From the NCBI GenBank assembly GCA_031180405.1, contig JAPSLU010000006.1:336-64335 (forward strand): a stretch of 64,000 nucleotides of DNA, written 5' to 3'. The position numbers and the translations under genes were made by a program. The stretch's first letter is position 1; every line of letters starts with the position of its first letter. Below the pieces are notes generated by a model that saw nothing but the letters and a program-made list of their open reading frames with translations, did no database searches and was not told where the DNA came from. Source of the stretch: Bacillus sp. (in: firmicutes) (lineage in GTDB: Bacteria > Bacillota > Bacilli > Bacillales > Bacillaceae). Positions 22,301 through 32,478 of the stretch are shown here, in pieces.

Positions 22301-22411
22301 TTGTTTACAAATCTTGCAACGTATTATGCTTGTGTAGCAGCAATTACTGCACCAGATGATGAAGTATCTTCTATTCAAGAATATACAAAGCCTTTGGTAA
22401 AGAATCAATAA
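19322..22411 (+). CDS. carB: Carbamoyl-phosphate synthase large subunit (arginine-specific)
   Basis: IGSGPIVIGQAAEFDY, duplicated ATP-grasp domains, EVNPRVSRSS. Confidence 0.97.
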   Translation: MPKNKSIKKIVVIGSGPIVIGQAAEFDYAGTQGCLALKEEGYQVVLVNNNPATIMTDEEFSDVLYFEPLTVESLTKIIEKEKPDGLLASLGGQTGLNLAMELHEAGVLEKYRVQLLGTSIESIRKGEDRNEFRQLMYDLHEPIPESSIVTTLEEALEFSNKIGFPIIIRPAYTLGGKGGGIASNLDEFKKLVKSGLQASPITQCLIEKSIAGFKEVEYEMIRDHKGTCISVCNMENIDPVGVHTGDSIVVAPSQTLTDQDYHMLRTAAVKIVSALGVVGGCNIQLALDPNSKQYYVIEVNPRVSRSSALASKATGYPIAKIAAKLAVGYTLEELKNPLTMSTYASFEPALDYVVVKFPRWPFDKFNKADRKLGTKMKATGEVMAIERNLEAAIQKACDSLELDNIGTHLPELLDLSTEEIKALMNKTDDRRFFAVMELLRRGVTIQEIHEQTEMDLYFLSSFQQIIDLEKQIQDKTVATLDADFVAKVKEKGFSDKTISSLLKAPEAEVRKVRLEAGVKAAYKYVDTCAAEFEARTNYFYSTYFGENEQPELSDKKKILIIGSGPIRIGQGIEFDYSAVHGIKALKQLGYEAVMINNNPETVSTDFETADRLYFEPITLEHVLNIVDSEGIDSVIVQYGGQTAINLAEQLENAGVKLLGTDTETLDWLEDRDKFYHLLDELSIPHAAGLTANNAEEALKGAKEIGYSMLLRPSYVIGGKGMVVVHNDDTLEKLLAENTNMIYPILIDQFVQGVEGEIDLISDGQDAFIPTYIEHVEPAGVHSGDSLAILPSQNLTDDNKKVIAEYANAIVKKLNYRGIMNIQFLVNGNGIYVLEVNPRASRTAPIISKVTGIPVIKHATHLLCGKMLSELNIKPAQPNNMIAVKYPIFSSHALHDVDITLGPEMKATGEGMCVGSSLNAVYRKIFKKDLENVGSVFFDVKDKKAQEEAKKAGLDVVTSDYETWVEGDKGIFVSLVDSDEAKLARQQALEKGMLLFTNLATYYACVAAITAPDDEVSSIQEYTKPLVKNQ

Positions 22412-22432
22412 GTTCGTTGCTCTAGGAAGGTA

Positions 22433-23383
22433 GTGGTCGGTTTGAGTATAGAAGTAGGAAATAAGGTAACTGTTGAAAAAAGAGATTTTTTAACCCTTCT
22501 TGATTATAGCAAGGAAGAAATTCTTGCGTTTATTGAAGAGGCATTTAAATTAGAGGAAAACCCTCTACAGCCTGTATTAAAAGGAAAAACATTGGCGATG
22601 ATTTTTGAAAAGTCCTCAACAAGAACACGTGTATCCTTTGAAGCAGGAATGCTTCAATTAGGTGGGCATGCTCTGTTTTTAAGTAGTCAAGACCTTCAAT
22701 TAGGGAGAGGGGAGCCTGTTTCTGATACTGCTAAAGTGCTATCGGGTTATGTCGATGCCATCATGATTCGTACATTTGGTCATGATAAAATTGAAGAATT
22801 AGCAAAACACGCAAGCATTCCTGTCATCAATGGATTAACAGATTTATTCCACCCTTGTCAGGCACTGGCAGACTTAAAAACCATTTATCGTTTAAAAGGA
22901 AAGTTTGAAGGCGTAAAAACTGCGTACTTAGGAGATGGGAATAATGTTGCCCACTCACTAATGATTGCAGCAGCTAAAGTAGGTATGGACTTTTCATTAG
23001 GTTGTCCAAAAGGCTATGAACCAAATGAAGAGATTGTTGCAAAAGCCCAAAAACTAGCTGAAGAGACAGGTGCAAAAATTACAATCACATATGACCCAAT
23101 TGAAGCAGTAACAGATGCCGATATCGTCTATACAGATGTGTGGGCTAGCATGGGCCAGGAAAGTGAACAACAAGAACGTCTTGTAGCATTTAAAGAATTC
23201 CAAGTAAATGAAGAACTTGTTCAGCATGCTAAAGCTGATTATTACTTCTTACATTGTTTACCTGCACATCGTGAAGAGGAAGTAACAGCATCAATCATTG
23301 ATGGAGAACACTCTGCTGTCTTTGAACAAGCAGAAAATCGTCTTCATGTCCAAAAGGCATTACTCAAAAAATTACTCTCGTAA
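22433..23383 (+). CDS. argF: Ornithine carbamoyltransferase
   Basis: [24 protein letters not shown]. Confidence 0.97.
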   Translation: MVGLSIEVGNKVTVEKRDFLTLLDYSKEEILAFIEEAFKLEENPLQPVLKGKTLAMIFEKSSTRTRVSFEAGMLQLGGHALFLSSQDLQLGRGEPVSDTAKVLSGYVDAIMIRTFGHDKIEELAKHASIPVINGLTDLFHPCQALADLKTIYRLKGKFEGVKTAYLGDGNNVAHSLMIAAAKVGMDFSLGCPKGYEPNEEIVAKAQKLAEETGAKITITYDPIEAVTDADIVYTDVWASMGQESEQQERLVAFKEFQVNEELVQHAKADYYFLHCLPAHREEEVTASIIDGEHSAVFEQAENRLHVQKALLKKLLS

Positions 23384-23384
23384 C

Positions 23385-23449
23385 AAAAAAGGGACGAGGG
23401 GACAGGTTTCCTGACCCAATGGGTCGAGAAAACCTGTCCCCTCGTTTCG
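23385..23449. terminator. Long hairpin between convergent argF and uppP (likely bidirectional terminator)
   Basis: ACGAGGGGACAGGTTT..GACCCA/TGGGTC..AAACCTGTCCCCTCGT. Confidence 0.7.
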
Positions 23450-23453
23450 TTAA

Positions 23454-24263
23454 TTATGCAAAAAGTAAAACTGCGATCCCAACAATTAAACAGTAAAAAG
23501 AGAAATACTTCAGGTTCCCTTTTGCCATAATATTCATAAACCACTTCAAAGAAAAATACGAAGTCACCAAGGAGGCAATAAACGCGACACTATAGGGAAT
23601 AAGTAATGTATCAAGGTTAGGGTCACTAATTAGGTCGGTTATGCTTAAGATTAACCCTCCAAAACTAACAGGAATAAATAAAAGGAACGAAAACTTTAGT
23701 GCTGTTTCTTGCTTCATACCTAAAGCCATTGCTGCAACAATCGTAGCACCGGAACGACTAATTCCAGGAATTAATGCTACTGCTTGGGCAAATCCAACAA
23801 TAATGGCATCCTTTAATGTTAAATCCCCATCATTTTTACGACCACGTAAATTACGGATCATCCATAAAGCAATACCAGTAATAATGAGAGTGATTGCTGT
23901 TACTCTAATAGTTTTAAGGTGTTCTGAAATAACATCATTAAATAATACGCCAATTACTCCCGCTGGAATCGTAGCAATAATTAAGTATAGAATAAACTGA
24001 AAATCGTTTTTTGATTGTTCTTCCCTCGTTGATATGTATCGAATTCCGTTGATTGTTAATCGAACCAAATCTTCCCGATAAATGATCAAGACAGCAATTA
24101 GTGAAGCTGCATTTACAAGTAATTCAAATGATAAGCCTTCAATCTCTACACCTAGAAAATGCTGAGCAAATACTAAGTGACCGCTAGAAGATATCGGAAT
24201 AGGCTCAGTAAAGCCTTGAAATAATCCTAAAAGAAAATATTTTATGATTAAGTATACATCCAA
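23454..24263 (-). CDS. uppP: Undecaprenyl-diphosphate phosphatase (BacA)
   Basis: [14 protein letters not shown] and PGISRSGAT motifs; multi-TM. Confidence 0.95.
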   Translation of the reverse strand: MDVYLIIKYFLLGLFQGFTEPIPISSSGHLVFAQHFLGVEIEGLSFELLVNAASLIAVLIIYREDLVRLTINGIRYISTREEQSKNDFQFILYLIIATIPAGVIGVLFNDVISEHLKTIRVTAITLIITGIALWMIRNLRGRKNDGDLTLKDAIIVGFAQAVALIPGISRSGATIVAAMALGMKQETALKFSFLLFIPVSFGGLILSITDLISDPNLDTLLIPYSVAFIASLVTSYFSLKWFMNIMAKGNLKYFSFYCLIVGIAVLLFA

Positions 24264-24404
24264 TGGTTTATTCTCCCCCGTATGTGTATTTACAATCCTT
24301 TTCCATTTAACTACAGGTTTGGAATCATGTAAAGAGCATTGTCAACACTCATGAAAATAGTCTGTCTGGAGATAATAATAGTAAGTGAAGGGAGGAGGAT
24401 GACA

Positions 24405-24584
24405 ATGGGACAACAGCATCGTTTTCGCGTAGGACAAAAAGCCCCGAATAACGGTATTTATGTAGAAATAGGTGAGACTGGAGATAACGTCACTAATCCT
24501 GGTCAAATAAAATTAAAAGCAGGAGACCGTTTCCCGGAAACAGCTAATCACAATCGTCAATGGACATATAAACGCAAACCATAA
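24405..24584 (+). CDS. yjzC: YjzC-family small protein
   Basis: GQKAPNNGIYVEIGETG...GDRFPET; RBS GGAGGAGG before ATG 24405. Confidence 0.85.
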   Translation: MGQQHRFRVGQKAPNNGIYVEIGETGDNVTNPGQIKLKAGDRFPETANHNRQWTYKRKP

Positions 24585-24591
24585 TTAGAAA

Positions 24592-24749
24592 GGCTATTTT
24601 CATTTTATTGCTATTATTAACTTGAAGGAAATAGCCCTGAATCAAATCTAAAGGCATCTTTTCTTCTAAGGTAATACATTGTCTGCTATAAAACACCGTT
24701 TTAATAACAGATAATTAGGTCAGTTAGCAACAATCTTCCAGAAAGAGCC
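24592..24749. mobile_element. ~160-bp MITE (GGC..GCC family)
   Basis: Core close to the 31213 copy (TGCTATTATTAACTTGAAGGA..GGCATCTTTTCTTCT..TCTGCTATAAAACAC..TTAGG.CAGTTAGCAACAATC); flanks ATTAGAAA/ATAAGAAA. Confidence 0.8.
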
Positions 24750-24903
24750 ATAAGAAAAGCGCAGATGACAGGCATCTTACTTTTTCTGCAAAAGGTAAGC
24801 CTGCTGAGCTGAGTCGCCCGATTTCAAGCTTTTTAAAAATTGTTTTTAAATAAAAAAACCTACTATCAAAAGTAGGTTTTTTTGTTTTTTTGTCGAATCA
24901 TTT

Positions 24904-25104
24904 TTAATGATGATCGTGCTTAGCCACAGGCTCGTTAGGAATAACTTCAGCAATGATAAAAATGACAACGATTGCAATCACGGATAAAACCGTAGCTGCC
25001 ATAAAGTCATAGTGACCACCTGTCATATTGTTAATTACATATGACGCCATATGAATTAATAAAAAGCCCCAAAAAAATGTCCAAAAGAAACGCAAACCAT
25101 TCAC
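24904..25104 (-). CDS. yjzD: YjzD (DUF2929) small membrane protein
   Basis: RFFWTFFWGFLL, two TM segments; synteny after yjzC. Confidence 0.8.
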   Translation of the reverse strand: MNGLRFFWTFFWGFLLIHMASYVINNMTGGHYDFMAATVLSVIAIVVIFIIAEVIPNEPVAKHDHH

Positions 25105-25377
25105 CTCTATTTCCAGACGAATTCTTACTATATATTATCACAAAATATTTGATGATTAAAAGAACCTTTTTAAATTGTTCATAAACTCTCCATAACCTGC
25201 ATGAAATAATAAAACTAGATCAATTTAAATTGACATTTAATGCGCGCTTATATAGGGCTTGTCATAACTGTTTTATGTGTCCATATTTAATGGAATCGTG
25301 ATACAGTCCCATGCTTTTTAAAAAGAGAGACATACATTATAAAGAAACAAATCAAAGAAGAGAAAGGTGGTGGGCAA

Positions 25378-26115
25378 GTGATGACGATTACGGAACGCTT
25401 TTTTCAGATAGAAACGGAATGGAATGTGATCCATTTACCTTTTAAACCAAATGGGTTTGGAATCATGATCATTGGTGATCGATCTGATTTTGTTGATGAA
25501 TCTTCTAGCTTTTGGCATCAACATTATGGAAGACAACAATTGATATCAGATTTAATGAAGCAAGGTTATACGCTCTTTCATTCGAATCTTTATGGTAACC
25601 ATTGGGGTAGCCCTGGCTCAGTCACAATGGCAAAGCAGCTTTATCATTTAGTAATGAAGAGAGAAATTTTAAACTCACGCATTCATTTATTAATTGATGG
25701 TATGGGCGGTTTGACGGGGTTACAATTAATGCAGGAAGTACCTGAAAAGATTCGTTCTGTCGCGATGCTTAATCCTTGCCTTGACCTCCAAGCCCATCTT
25801 GAAAATGAAAAAGAACATAAATTCTTTTATAAACGATTAATAAAGGAAATCTCATCAGCATATGGTGTAGATCGGAAAAAGATTCCATGTTTAAAGCTAC
25901 CTTCATTTGATCAAATAAATTCACACTTACCAGTAAGAATATGGCAAAGAATGAATAGCACAACCTATTCCCCTCAACATCACAGTAAAAAATATGAAGA
26001 GAGAAGAAATAAAGCAGGGTTTCCAATTCAACTGATCTATCATCTTGGTGATAACCCATATCGTATAAATCAATCTATTGTAAGATTCTTTAAGGAAAAC
26101 GAAAAGGTTTTATAA
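25378..26115 (+). CDS. yjaU: YjaU-like alpha/beta-fold protein
   Basis: HLPFKPNGFG, NLYGNHWGSP, degenerate DGMGG elbow; synteny. Confidence 0.75.
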   Translation: MMTITERFFQIETEWNVIHLPFKPNGFGIMIIGDRSDFVDESSSFWHQHYGRQQLISDLMKQGYTLFHSNLYGNHWGSPGSVTMAKQLYHLVMKREILNSRIHLLIDGMGGLTGLQLMQEVPEKIRSVAMLNPCLDLQAHLENEKEHKFFYKRLIKEISSAYGVDRKKIPCLKLPSFDQINSHLPVRIWQRMNSTTYSPQHHSKKYEERRNKAGFPIQLIYHLGDNPYRINQSIVRFFKENEKVL

Positions 26116-26260
26116 TGATAAATGTGGCTCAAAGTGCAAGGTACGTCCATGCGCTTTGAGTTCGTCTTTTTCTCAATTAATGATGGTTTTATAAAATAAA
26201 GACTATTCTTTGTTTTTCGTGCATATTTTAAGATATCGTCCATAAAGGGGGAACAAAAGT

Positions 26261-27025
26261 ATGCGCGTGTTGGTGGTTGGAGCACAGTCACATATTGGAT
26301 TTGCACTTTGCGAAAGACTTCTTGAAGAGGGAGTCGAGGTAATGGCCTTCTTTTTAGACCCTCCAACAGAAATTAACAGACGTCTTCTGGAAGAAAGACT
26401 TATGTTAGTTGGAAGAAACGCACTATTTCAAGGATCTTTTTCACAAGAAAGGTGGCAAGCTGAACAAATTGATATAGTGATTTATTGTATGGATAGTGGA
26501 CAAGATGAAACGTTAATAGAAAGAAAACGAGGATGTTTAAAAAAGTCAGTTGAAATAGCGACTGAATTGACTAGACAGTTCGTGTTAATAACCTCTGACA
26601 CCTTGCATATTAACAACCAACGATACCTGGAAAACCATTTAAAAACATATTCAATCATTAAGCTTCCTAAGCTTTTTGGTCCTTTTCAACCTCCAGAAGA
26701 ACCAATTCATCAATTTTTAATCTCTTATTTATCTAATAAACAGGAGACGCTCGTCATTGAAGAGCCGATTCTATTTATTAAGGATGCTGTAAATGCCATC
26801 ATTGAAATGATAGGAAAGTTTGAGACAGGTAAAGTGTATTCGTTTCTAAGTGAACTGAAGAACGAGGAGTTTGAAGCATTTTCAGTTGAGTTAAAAATGA
26901 ATGCGATGAGGATAATTGATGATGAATCGATTAGATGTTCAATAAAAAATCAAACGACCATTGAGATGGGGTTAATAGAACAACTTTCCTGTATAAAAGC
27001 ATATAAAGAGATTTACCAGATTTAA
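26261..27025 (+). CDS. yjaV: YjaV-like NAD-binding epimerase/dehydratase-fold protein
   Basis: VLVVGAQSHIGFALCERLL Rossmann start, LFGPFQP; synteny. Confidence 0.7.
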   Translation: MRVLVVGAQSHIGFALCERLLEEGVEVMAFFLDPPTEINRRLLEERLMLVGRNALFQGSFSQERWQAEQIDIVIYCMDSGQDETLIERKRGCLKKSVEIATELTRQFVLITSDTLHINNQRYLENHLKTYSIIKLPKLFGPFQPPEEPIHQFLISYLSNKQETLVIEEPILFIKDAVNAIIEMIGKFETGKVYSFLSELKNEEFEAFSVELKMNAMRIIDDESIRCSIKNQTTIEMGLIEQLSCIKAYKEIYQI

Positions 27026-27102
27026 GAAAATATACTTGAACATTTAAAACAAGTAAGGCTAAAATAATAGCGAAGGAAAAAGCATATGAGGAAGTGGTTG
27101 CC

Positions 27103-28056
27103 ATGTACTTAAAGCTAGGTTTTGTTCTTATCATACTTCTTGCGCTTTTTGGTTGTGGACAACCTGGAACATCAGGAAATCTCGAGAAGGTTGGTTTACT
27201 AGTTCCGGAAACAATTGATGACAAGGTTTGGGGGACGAAGGGTTATAAAGGGTTATTAAAAATCCAATCTGAGTTAGATGTTGACGTATATTACAAAGAA
27301 GGAATGAACGATGAAAAAAATATACGTGAAGCAATAGAAGAATTTCATCAAAATGATGTTAATTTAATCTTTGGCCATGGAAGTGAATATGCTATCTATT
27401 TTAACAGGATAAGCAGTGAATACCCAGACATTCATTTTGTTCTTTTTAATGGCGAAGTAGATGGTGAAAACGTCACAAGTTTAAATTTTGATTCACATGC
27501 GATGGGATTTTTCGGTGGGATGGTAGCAGGAGAAATGACAAAGACTAATAAAGTTGCTATATTAGCGGCATTTGAGTGGCAACCAGAGATTAATGGTTTT
27601 TTTGAAGGCTCCTATTATCAAAATGAAGATGTTGATGTAGATATTCAATACGTACAAGATTGGAATGACTCCACAACGGCATTGAAATTGCTTGATGGCA
27701 TGATTGCGGATGGTGTTGACATTGTCTATGTTGCCGGGGACGGATATAATATACCCGTTATCGAAAAGTTAAAAGAAGAGGGCTTGTTTGCCATAGGCTT
27801 TGTATCAGATCAATCAGACTTAGGTAAAGGAACCGTGCTAACGAGTACTGTTCAACATGTTGACGAATTATATGAGGTTGTAGCAAAAGAGTTTGATAAT
27901 GGTATACTTGAAAATGGGGAACTCTATTATGACTTTAAAGATGAGGTTATTTCGCTTGGGAAGTTCAGTCCTCTTGTTGATGAAGAATTTCAATCTTTGA
28001 TAATGGATTCAATCGAAGAGTATAAGGAGAGCGGGCTTTTACCTAATCAGTCATAA
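27103..28056 (+). CDS. med: Med, BMP-family lipoprotein
   Basis: Lipobox LFG|C, DKVWGTKGYKGL, FGHGSEY; followed by comZ. Confidence 0.9.
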   Translation: MYLKLGFVLIILLALFGCGQPGTSGNLEKVGLLVPETIDDKVWGTKGYKGLLKIQSELDVDVYYKEGMNDEKNIREAIEEFHQNDVNLIFGHGSEYAIYFNRISSEYPDIHFVLFNGEVDGENVTSLNFDSHAMGFFGGMVAGEMTKTNKVAILAAFEWQPEINGFFEGSYYQNEDVDVDIQYVQDWNDSTTALKLLDGMIADGVDIVYVAGDGYNIPVIEKLKEEGLFAIGFVSDQSDLGKGTVLTSTVQHVDELYEVVAKEFDNGILENGELYYDFKDEVISLGKFSPLVDEEFQSLIMDSIEEYKESGLLPNQS

Positions 28057-28115
28057 TGGAAAAGTCAGTTTTAAATAATTATGATATGTAACATTAATAT
28101 AAGGAGTGAAGTGAG

Positions 28116-28298
28116 ATGGAACAACATCCAAAGACAATGGAATTTATGCAAATTGCAATGAAATATCTCCCTGAAGCAAAGCAAAAGCTTGAAGGTGCAG
28201 GTATTGAATTATCAATGGAAACGATTCAACCTATGCTTGAGCTATTTACAAAGGTTATGGGTGAGGCATATGAGTTAGGGAAGAAGGATGCTCAATAA
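28116..28298 (+). CDS. comZ: ComZ
   Basis: MEFMQIAMKYLPEAK...EAYELGK. Confidence 0.9.
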   Translation: MEQHPKTMEFMQIAMKYLPEAKQKLEGAGIELSMETIQPMLELFTKVMGEAYELGKKDAQ

Positions 28299-28321
28299 AA
28301 AGCTACCATTTGGTAGCTTTT

Positions 28322-28609
28322 TTATATTTTCTTTTTAATATAATCCAAAATCGGCGCAAATTCCTTTAGGATAGGTTTAAGATTATCTAAGGAAACCATT
28401 ATATCATCTATCTGTTCTATTAACATAAAGTAATTAACCTCATCCTTTTGCTGTTCCCCCTCATCTTCAGGAATCTGATATTGTTCACTGTATTTTTTGG
28501 GTATCCTATTTCCGAACATGAGTTGTGTAAAGCGGTCAGTCGAGCGGGAACTAGGTTCTGTTTCTACATTCACATTAGCTGTTTCATCATTTGCTTCATT
28601 AAAATTCAT
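28322..28609 (-). CDS. YjzB-like small protein
   Basis: DRFTQLMFG, LKPILKE; RBS GGAGG; position between comZ and fabH. Confidence 0.65.
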   Translation of the reverse strand: MNFNEANDETANVNVETEPSSRSTDRFTQLMFGNRIPKKYSEQYQIPEDEGEQQKDEVNYFMLIEQIDDIMVSLDNLKPILKEFAPILDYIKKKI

Positions 28610-28710
28610 GTCTACACCTCCTTAGAAGGTTATAGTAGCAATGTTTATCTATTGTTAGTTTATGTACGGTTGATAAGCAGGTTCTAGACATGTGCACTAA
28701 AACATTAATA

Positions 28711-28755
28711 TTGAAAAAAAAAAGTGAATAAGATAAAATTAGTACCAAGTCATAA
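28711..28755 (+). promoter_or_regulatory. SigA promoter and FapR operator of fabH-fabF
   Basis: TTGAAA-N17-TAAAAT followed by TTAGTACCAAGTCATAA, resembling the FapR box. Confidence 0.75.
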
Positions 28756-28840
28756 TATTTGATATAAAATAAGATAAATAAATGAATATATATAGACTGC
28801 TACACGCATGAACTATTAATGGATAAAAGGAGTTGTACAA

Positions 28841-29773
28841 ATGAACGCAGGTATAATAGGTATCGGTCGATACACACCTGAAAAAGTTGTAACAAATGCT
28901 GATTTAGAAAAAGTAATGGATACATCTGATGAATGGATTAGAACAAGAACTGGTATCGAAGAACGCAGAATTGCAGATGATTCAATTGATACCTCACATA
29001 TGGCTGCTTTCGCATCTGAGAAAGCGTTAAAGGATGCAGGAATCTCAGCAGAAGATTTGGATTTGATTTTAGTTGCTACAGTAACACCAGATCAACCATT
29101 CCCTTCAGTAGCATGTATGTTACAAGAAAAATTAGGGGCAAAGAAAGCTGCTGCAATGGATATTAGTGCTGCATGTGCAGGCTTTATGTATGGAATGGTT
29201 ACAGCAAAACAATTTGTTGAGTCCGGAGCTTATCAAAACGTACTTGTGGTTGGAGTAGAGAAACTTTCAAAAATTACAGACTGGAATGATCGTAACACGG
29301 CGGTTCTTTTTGGGGACGGAGCAGGGGCAGCGGTTATTGGTCCTGTAAGTGAAGGAAAAGGCATTCTTTCTTTTGAGTTAGGTGCAGATGGTACAGGTGC
29401 AAAACACCTCTACCAAGATGAATACATCATTATGAATGGTCGGGAAGTATTTAAGTTTGCAGTAAGACAAATGGGAGAATCAAGCGTAAATGTTCTCGAA
29501 AAGGCAGGCTTAACAAAAGAAGATGTCGACTTCTTAATTCCACATCAAGCAAATATTCGAATCATGGAAGCAGCAAGAGAGCGCCTAGAGTTGCCTGTTG
29601 AAAAAATGTCTAAGACAGTCCATAAATATGGAAACACATCTGCAGCATCAATCCCGATTTCTTTAGTAGAAGAAGTTGAAGCAGGCAAGATTAAAGATGG
29701 AGACTTAATTGTTATGGTCGGCTTTGGTGGAGGACTTACATGGGGGGCAATTGCTCTTCGTTGGGGTCGATAA
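28841..29773 (+). CDS. fabH: 3-oxoacyl-ACP synthase III
   Basis: AACAGF, PHQAN, GNTSAAS catalytic triad. Confidence 0.98.
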   Translation: MNAGIIGIGRYTPEKVVTNADLEKVMDTSDEWIRTRTGIEERRIADDSIDTSHMAAFASEKALKDAGISAEDLDLILVATVTPDQPFPSVACMLQEKLGAKKAAAMDISAACAGFMYGMVTAKQFVESGAYQNVLVVGVEKLSKITDWNDRNTAVLFGDGAGAAVIGPVSEGKGILSFELGADGTGAKHLYQDEYIIMNGREVFKFAVRQMGESSVNVLEKAGLTKEDVDFLIPHQANIRIMEAARERLELPVEKMSKTVHKYGNTSAASIPISLVEEVEAGKIKDGDLIVMVGFGGGLTWGAIALRWGR

Positions 29774-29832
29774 AAAGATCAAGGTTTTATTGATAAAAGA
29801 AAGAATTATTCTTAAAAAAGAGGTGTGTCATC

Positions 29833-31074
29833 ATGGAAAAAAAGCGAGTGGTAGTAACAGGATTAGGTGCATTAACTCCGATTGGAAATGATGTAGAAAC
29901 AACTTGGCAAAATGCATTAAACGGAGTATCAGGCGTTGGGCCAATTACTAGGATAGATTCAGAACCTTATGCTGCCAAGGTTGCAGCAGAGCTAAAAGAC
30001 TTTGATGTCGAGCAATTTATGGATAAAAAAGAAGCTAGAAAAATGGACCGCTTTACACAATACGCGGTTGCAGCTTCTTTCATGGCAGTAAAGGATGCGA
30101 ACCTGGAAATTACAGACGAAATCGCTCCTCGAGTTGGAGTATGGATTGGCTCTGGTATTGGTGGTATGGAAACATTTGAAACACAATATAAAATTCTATT
30201 AGAAAAAGGTCCAAGAAGAGTAAGTCCATTCTTTGTACCAATGCTTATTCCTGATATGGCAACGGGGCAAGTTTCAATTGCATTAGGGGCAAAAGGATTT
30301 AACTCTTGTACAGTAACAGCTTGTGCAACTGGAACAAACTCAATCGGTGATGCGTATCGTGTTATTGAACGTGGTGAAGCAGATGTGATGATCACTGGTG
30401 GTGCAGAAGCGCCTTTAACAGAAATGTCATTTGCAGGATTTACAGCAAATAAGGCATTATCGACAAATCCAGATCCAAAAACGGCAAGCCGTCCATTTGA
30501 CCAAGATCGTGATGGTTTCGTAATGGGAGAAGGAGCAGGTATCCTTGTTCTTGAAGAATTAGAGCATGCTTTAGCTCGCGGTGCAAAAATTTATGCTGAA
30601 ATCGTTGGATATGGAGCAACCGGTGATGCTCATCATATCACAGCACCTGCACCAAATGGTGAAGGTGGTTCAAGAGCGATGAAGCAGGCCATTAAAGGAA
30701 GCGGCCTTGCTATAGACGAAATTGATTATATAAATGCTCATGGTACAAGTACTCCTTATAACGATAAGTTTGAAACTTTAGCGATTAAAGAAGTATTCGG
30801 TGACCATGCCTATAAACTTGCGATTAGTTCTACTAAATCTATGACTGGACATTTATTAGGAGCAGCAGGTGGAGTTGAAGCCATTTTCAGTGTCCTTGCA
30901 ATTAAAGAAGGCATAATCCCACCAACAATTAATTTACAAACACCAGATCCAGAATGTGACTTAGACTATGTTCCGAATAAAGCTCGTAAGCAAGATATTC
31001 GATCAGCACTAAGTAACTCATTAGGATTTGGCGGCCATAACGCGACGATTATATTTAAGAAATATGATGCTTAA
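29833..31074 (+). CDS. fabF: 3-oxoacyl-ACP synthase II
   Basis: [30 protein letters not shown]. Confidence 0.98.
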   Translation: MEKKRVVVTGLGALTPIGNDVETTWQNALNGVSGVGPITRIDSEPYAAKVAAELKDFDVEQFMDKKEARKMDRFTQYAVAASFMAVKDANLEITDEIAPRVGVWIGSGIGGMETFETQYKILLEKGPRRVSPFFVPMLIPDMATGQVSIALGAKGFNSCTVTACATGTNSIGDAYRVIERGEADVMITGGAEAPLTEMSFAGFTANKALSTNPDPKTASRPFDQDRDGFVMGEGAGILVLEELEHALARGAKIYAEIVGYGATGDAHHITAPAPNGEGGSRAMKQAIKGSGLAIDEIDYINAHGTSTPYNDKFETLAIKEVFGDHAYKLAISSTKSMTGHLLGAAGGVEAIFSVLAIKEGIIPPTINLQTPDPECDLDYVPNKARKQDIRSALSNSLGFGGHNATIIFKKYDA

Positions 31075-31113
31075 TAAAAAAACCTGACATTTTAATGTCA
31101 GGTTTTTATTTTT
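31075..31113 (+). terminator. Intrinsic terminator after fabF
   Basis: AAAAACCTGACATT tt AATGTCAGGTTTTT. Confidence 0.85.
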
Positions 31114-31154
31114 GGGTACACATGCAATTTAGGGTAGGTAAACAAATAGAGGGA

Positions 31155-31440
31155 TGGTTCAATAATGGTGGAGAGTGGTTTAATAAAAGGTTAAATTGGT
31201 TTAATTAAATAAGGCTGTTTTCGTAAACTTTGTTGCTATTATTAACTTGAAGGAATAGCCCTGTATCAAGTCTAGTGGCATCTTTTCTTCTTAGAGTAGA
31301 GTACCTTATCTGCTATAAAACACTGTTTTCTAATAAATGATTAGGCCAGTTAGCAACAATCTTTCAGAAAAGAGCCTTAAATAAAAAGAGAGCGTAATCA
31401 TCGAATGAATTGGTTGAAACAAATTGAAAAATGGTTTAAT
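31155..31440. repeat. Degenerate 21-bp-period array of TGGTTTAAT, split by a MITE
   Basis: Motif starts at 31155, 31176, 31197, then (31390, weak), 31411, 31432. Confidence 0.6.
31213..31376. mobile_element. 164-bp MITE (GGC..GCC family) with a perfect 8-bp target duplication
   Basis: TIRs GGCTGTTTTCGTAAACTTTGTTGCTA / TAGCAACAATCTTTCAGAAAAGAGCC; TTAAATAA at 31205-31212 and 31377-31384. Confidence 0.85.
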
Positions 31441-31535
31441 CTCACTCAAAGTAGTGTATATATCTACATACATTCACTAAGAAAGAACAGTTCTTCTTCC
31501 TTTTCATAGAATAAATGGGAAGGAGTGCTGATGAA

Positions 31536-32330
31536 ATGAGCGTAATAAATACAATTGAATGGATAAATAAAGCATCAAACCAATTAGAAATTTGTGAAAA
31601 ATTAGTACCTTTTTTCGATAAAATGAAGAAAAGGGAAATTGCTGACTACCTACATTCATTTGGAATGTTCAAACATACATCCAATTTTGATGAGTGGATT
31701 GAACAGATGAAACAAAACCAAATTATAAGTTATATTAAAAAAATAGAAAAGAAATATATGCTCGAGTGGAAGGGACCGGATGTTTCAATCTTTGTTTTTC
31801 CAATTGACCAAACAAACCGAAAAATAGAGAGAGAATATCGAGGGCGCTCAGGCTTAGCGTTTTATAATAAATTATTTTTATTTCTTTCAAAAGACGTAAA
31901 GAGAGGGGATATTCATTCTTTATTTTTGCATGAGTATCATCATGTTTGCCGACTATCTTCAGTAACAAAACCTGAGGAAGAGTTTACGATAATGGATACG
32001 ATCATAATGGAAGGCTTGGCTGAGAATGCTGTCCGAGAAAAACTTGGTGATCATGCTGTATCTGATTGGACGAAGTTATATGAACCATATCAATGTGAAA
32101 GATTCTATCAAAGAATCATCCTTCCACAAAAAGATGTAACTAGAGATAGTTTAAAGTTTTCACAAATTATGTTTGGAACAGGGTTCTATCCTAAAATGTT
32201 AGGCTATTCTGTCGGTTATCATATTGTAAAAACAATAATGCAGAAAACAGGGAAGAAGACGAAGCAGTTGTTAAGTGAATCTACAGAAGAATTATTCAAA
32301 CAGTATGCAGAAAAAAAGAATTTTTCATAA
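31536..32330 (+). CDS. yjaZ: DUF2268 putative Zn-metallopeptidase
   Basis: HEYHH motif, EGLAE, GYSVGY; synteny after fabF. Confidence 0.85.
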   Translation: MSVINTIEWINKASNQLEICEKLVPFFDKMKKREIADYLHSFGMFKHTSNFDEWIEQMKQNQIISYIKKIEKKYMLEWKGPDVSIFVFPIDQTNRKIEREYRGRSGLAFYNKLFLFLSKDVKRGDIHSLFLHEYHHVCRLSSVTKPEEEFTIMDTIIMEGLAENAVREKLGDHAVSDWTKLYEPYQCERFYQRIILPQKDVTRDSLKFSQIMFGTGFYPKMLGYSVGYHIVKTIMQKTGKKTKQLLSESTEELFKQYAEKKNFS

Positions 32331-32478
32331 ATCCCACATATATTTCATAGAATGACATAGGAACCTGACCCTTAAAAAATGACTTCAAAAACAATGCATA
32401 TTCTTCTTAGAATGGAATAAATTCTCTGGGATTTGCCTATACTGTTTGACAAATGGTACTGAAGTGAGGGGTTTTAAT

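Noticed and set aside
31210-31379. TA-target (IS630/mariner-type) reading of the MITE ends
   Set aside because: Flank comparison across four copies and restoration of the 21-bp phase fit a longer (8-bp) duplication, not TA.
31155-31440. CRISPR interpretation of the 21-bp array
   Set aside because: 9-bp motifs and 12-bp spacers are far too short, and there are no cas genes.
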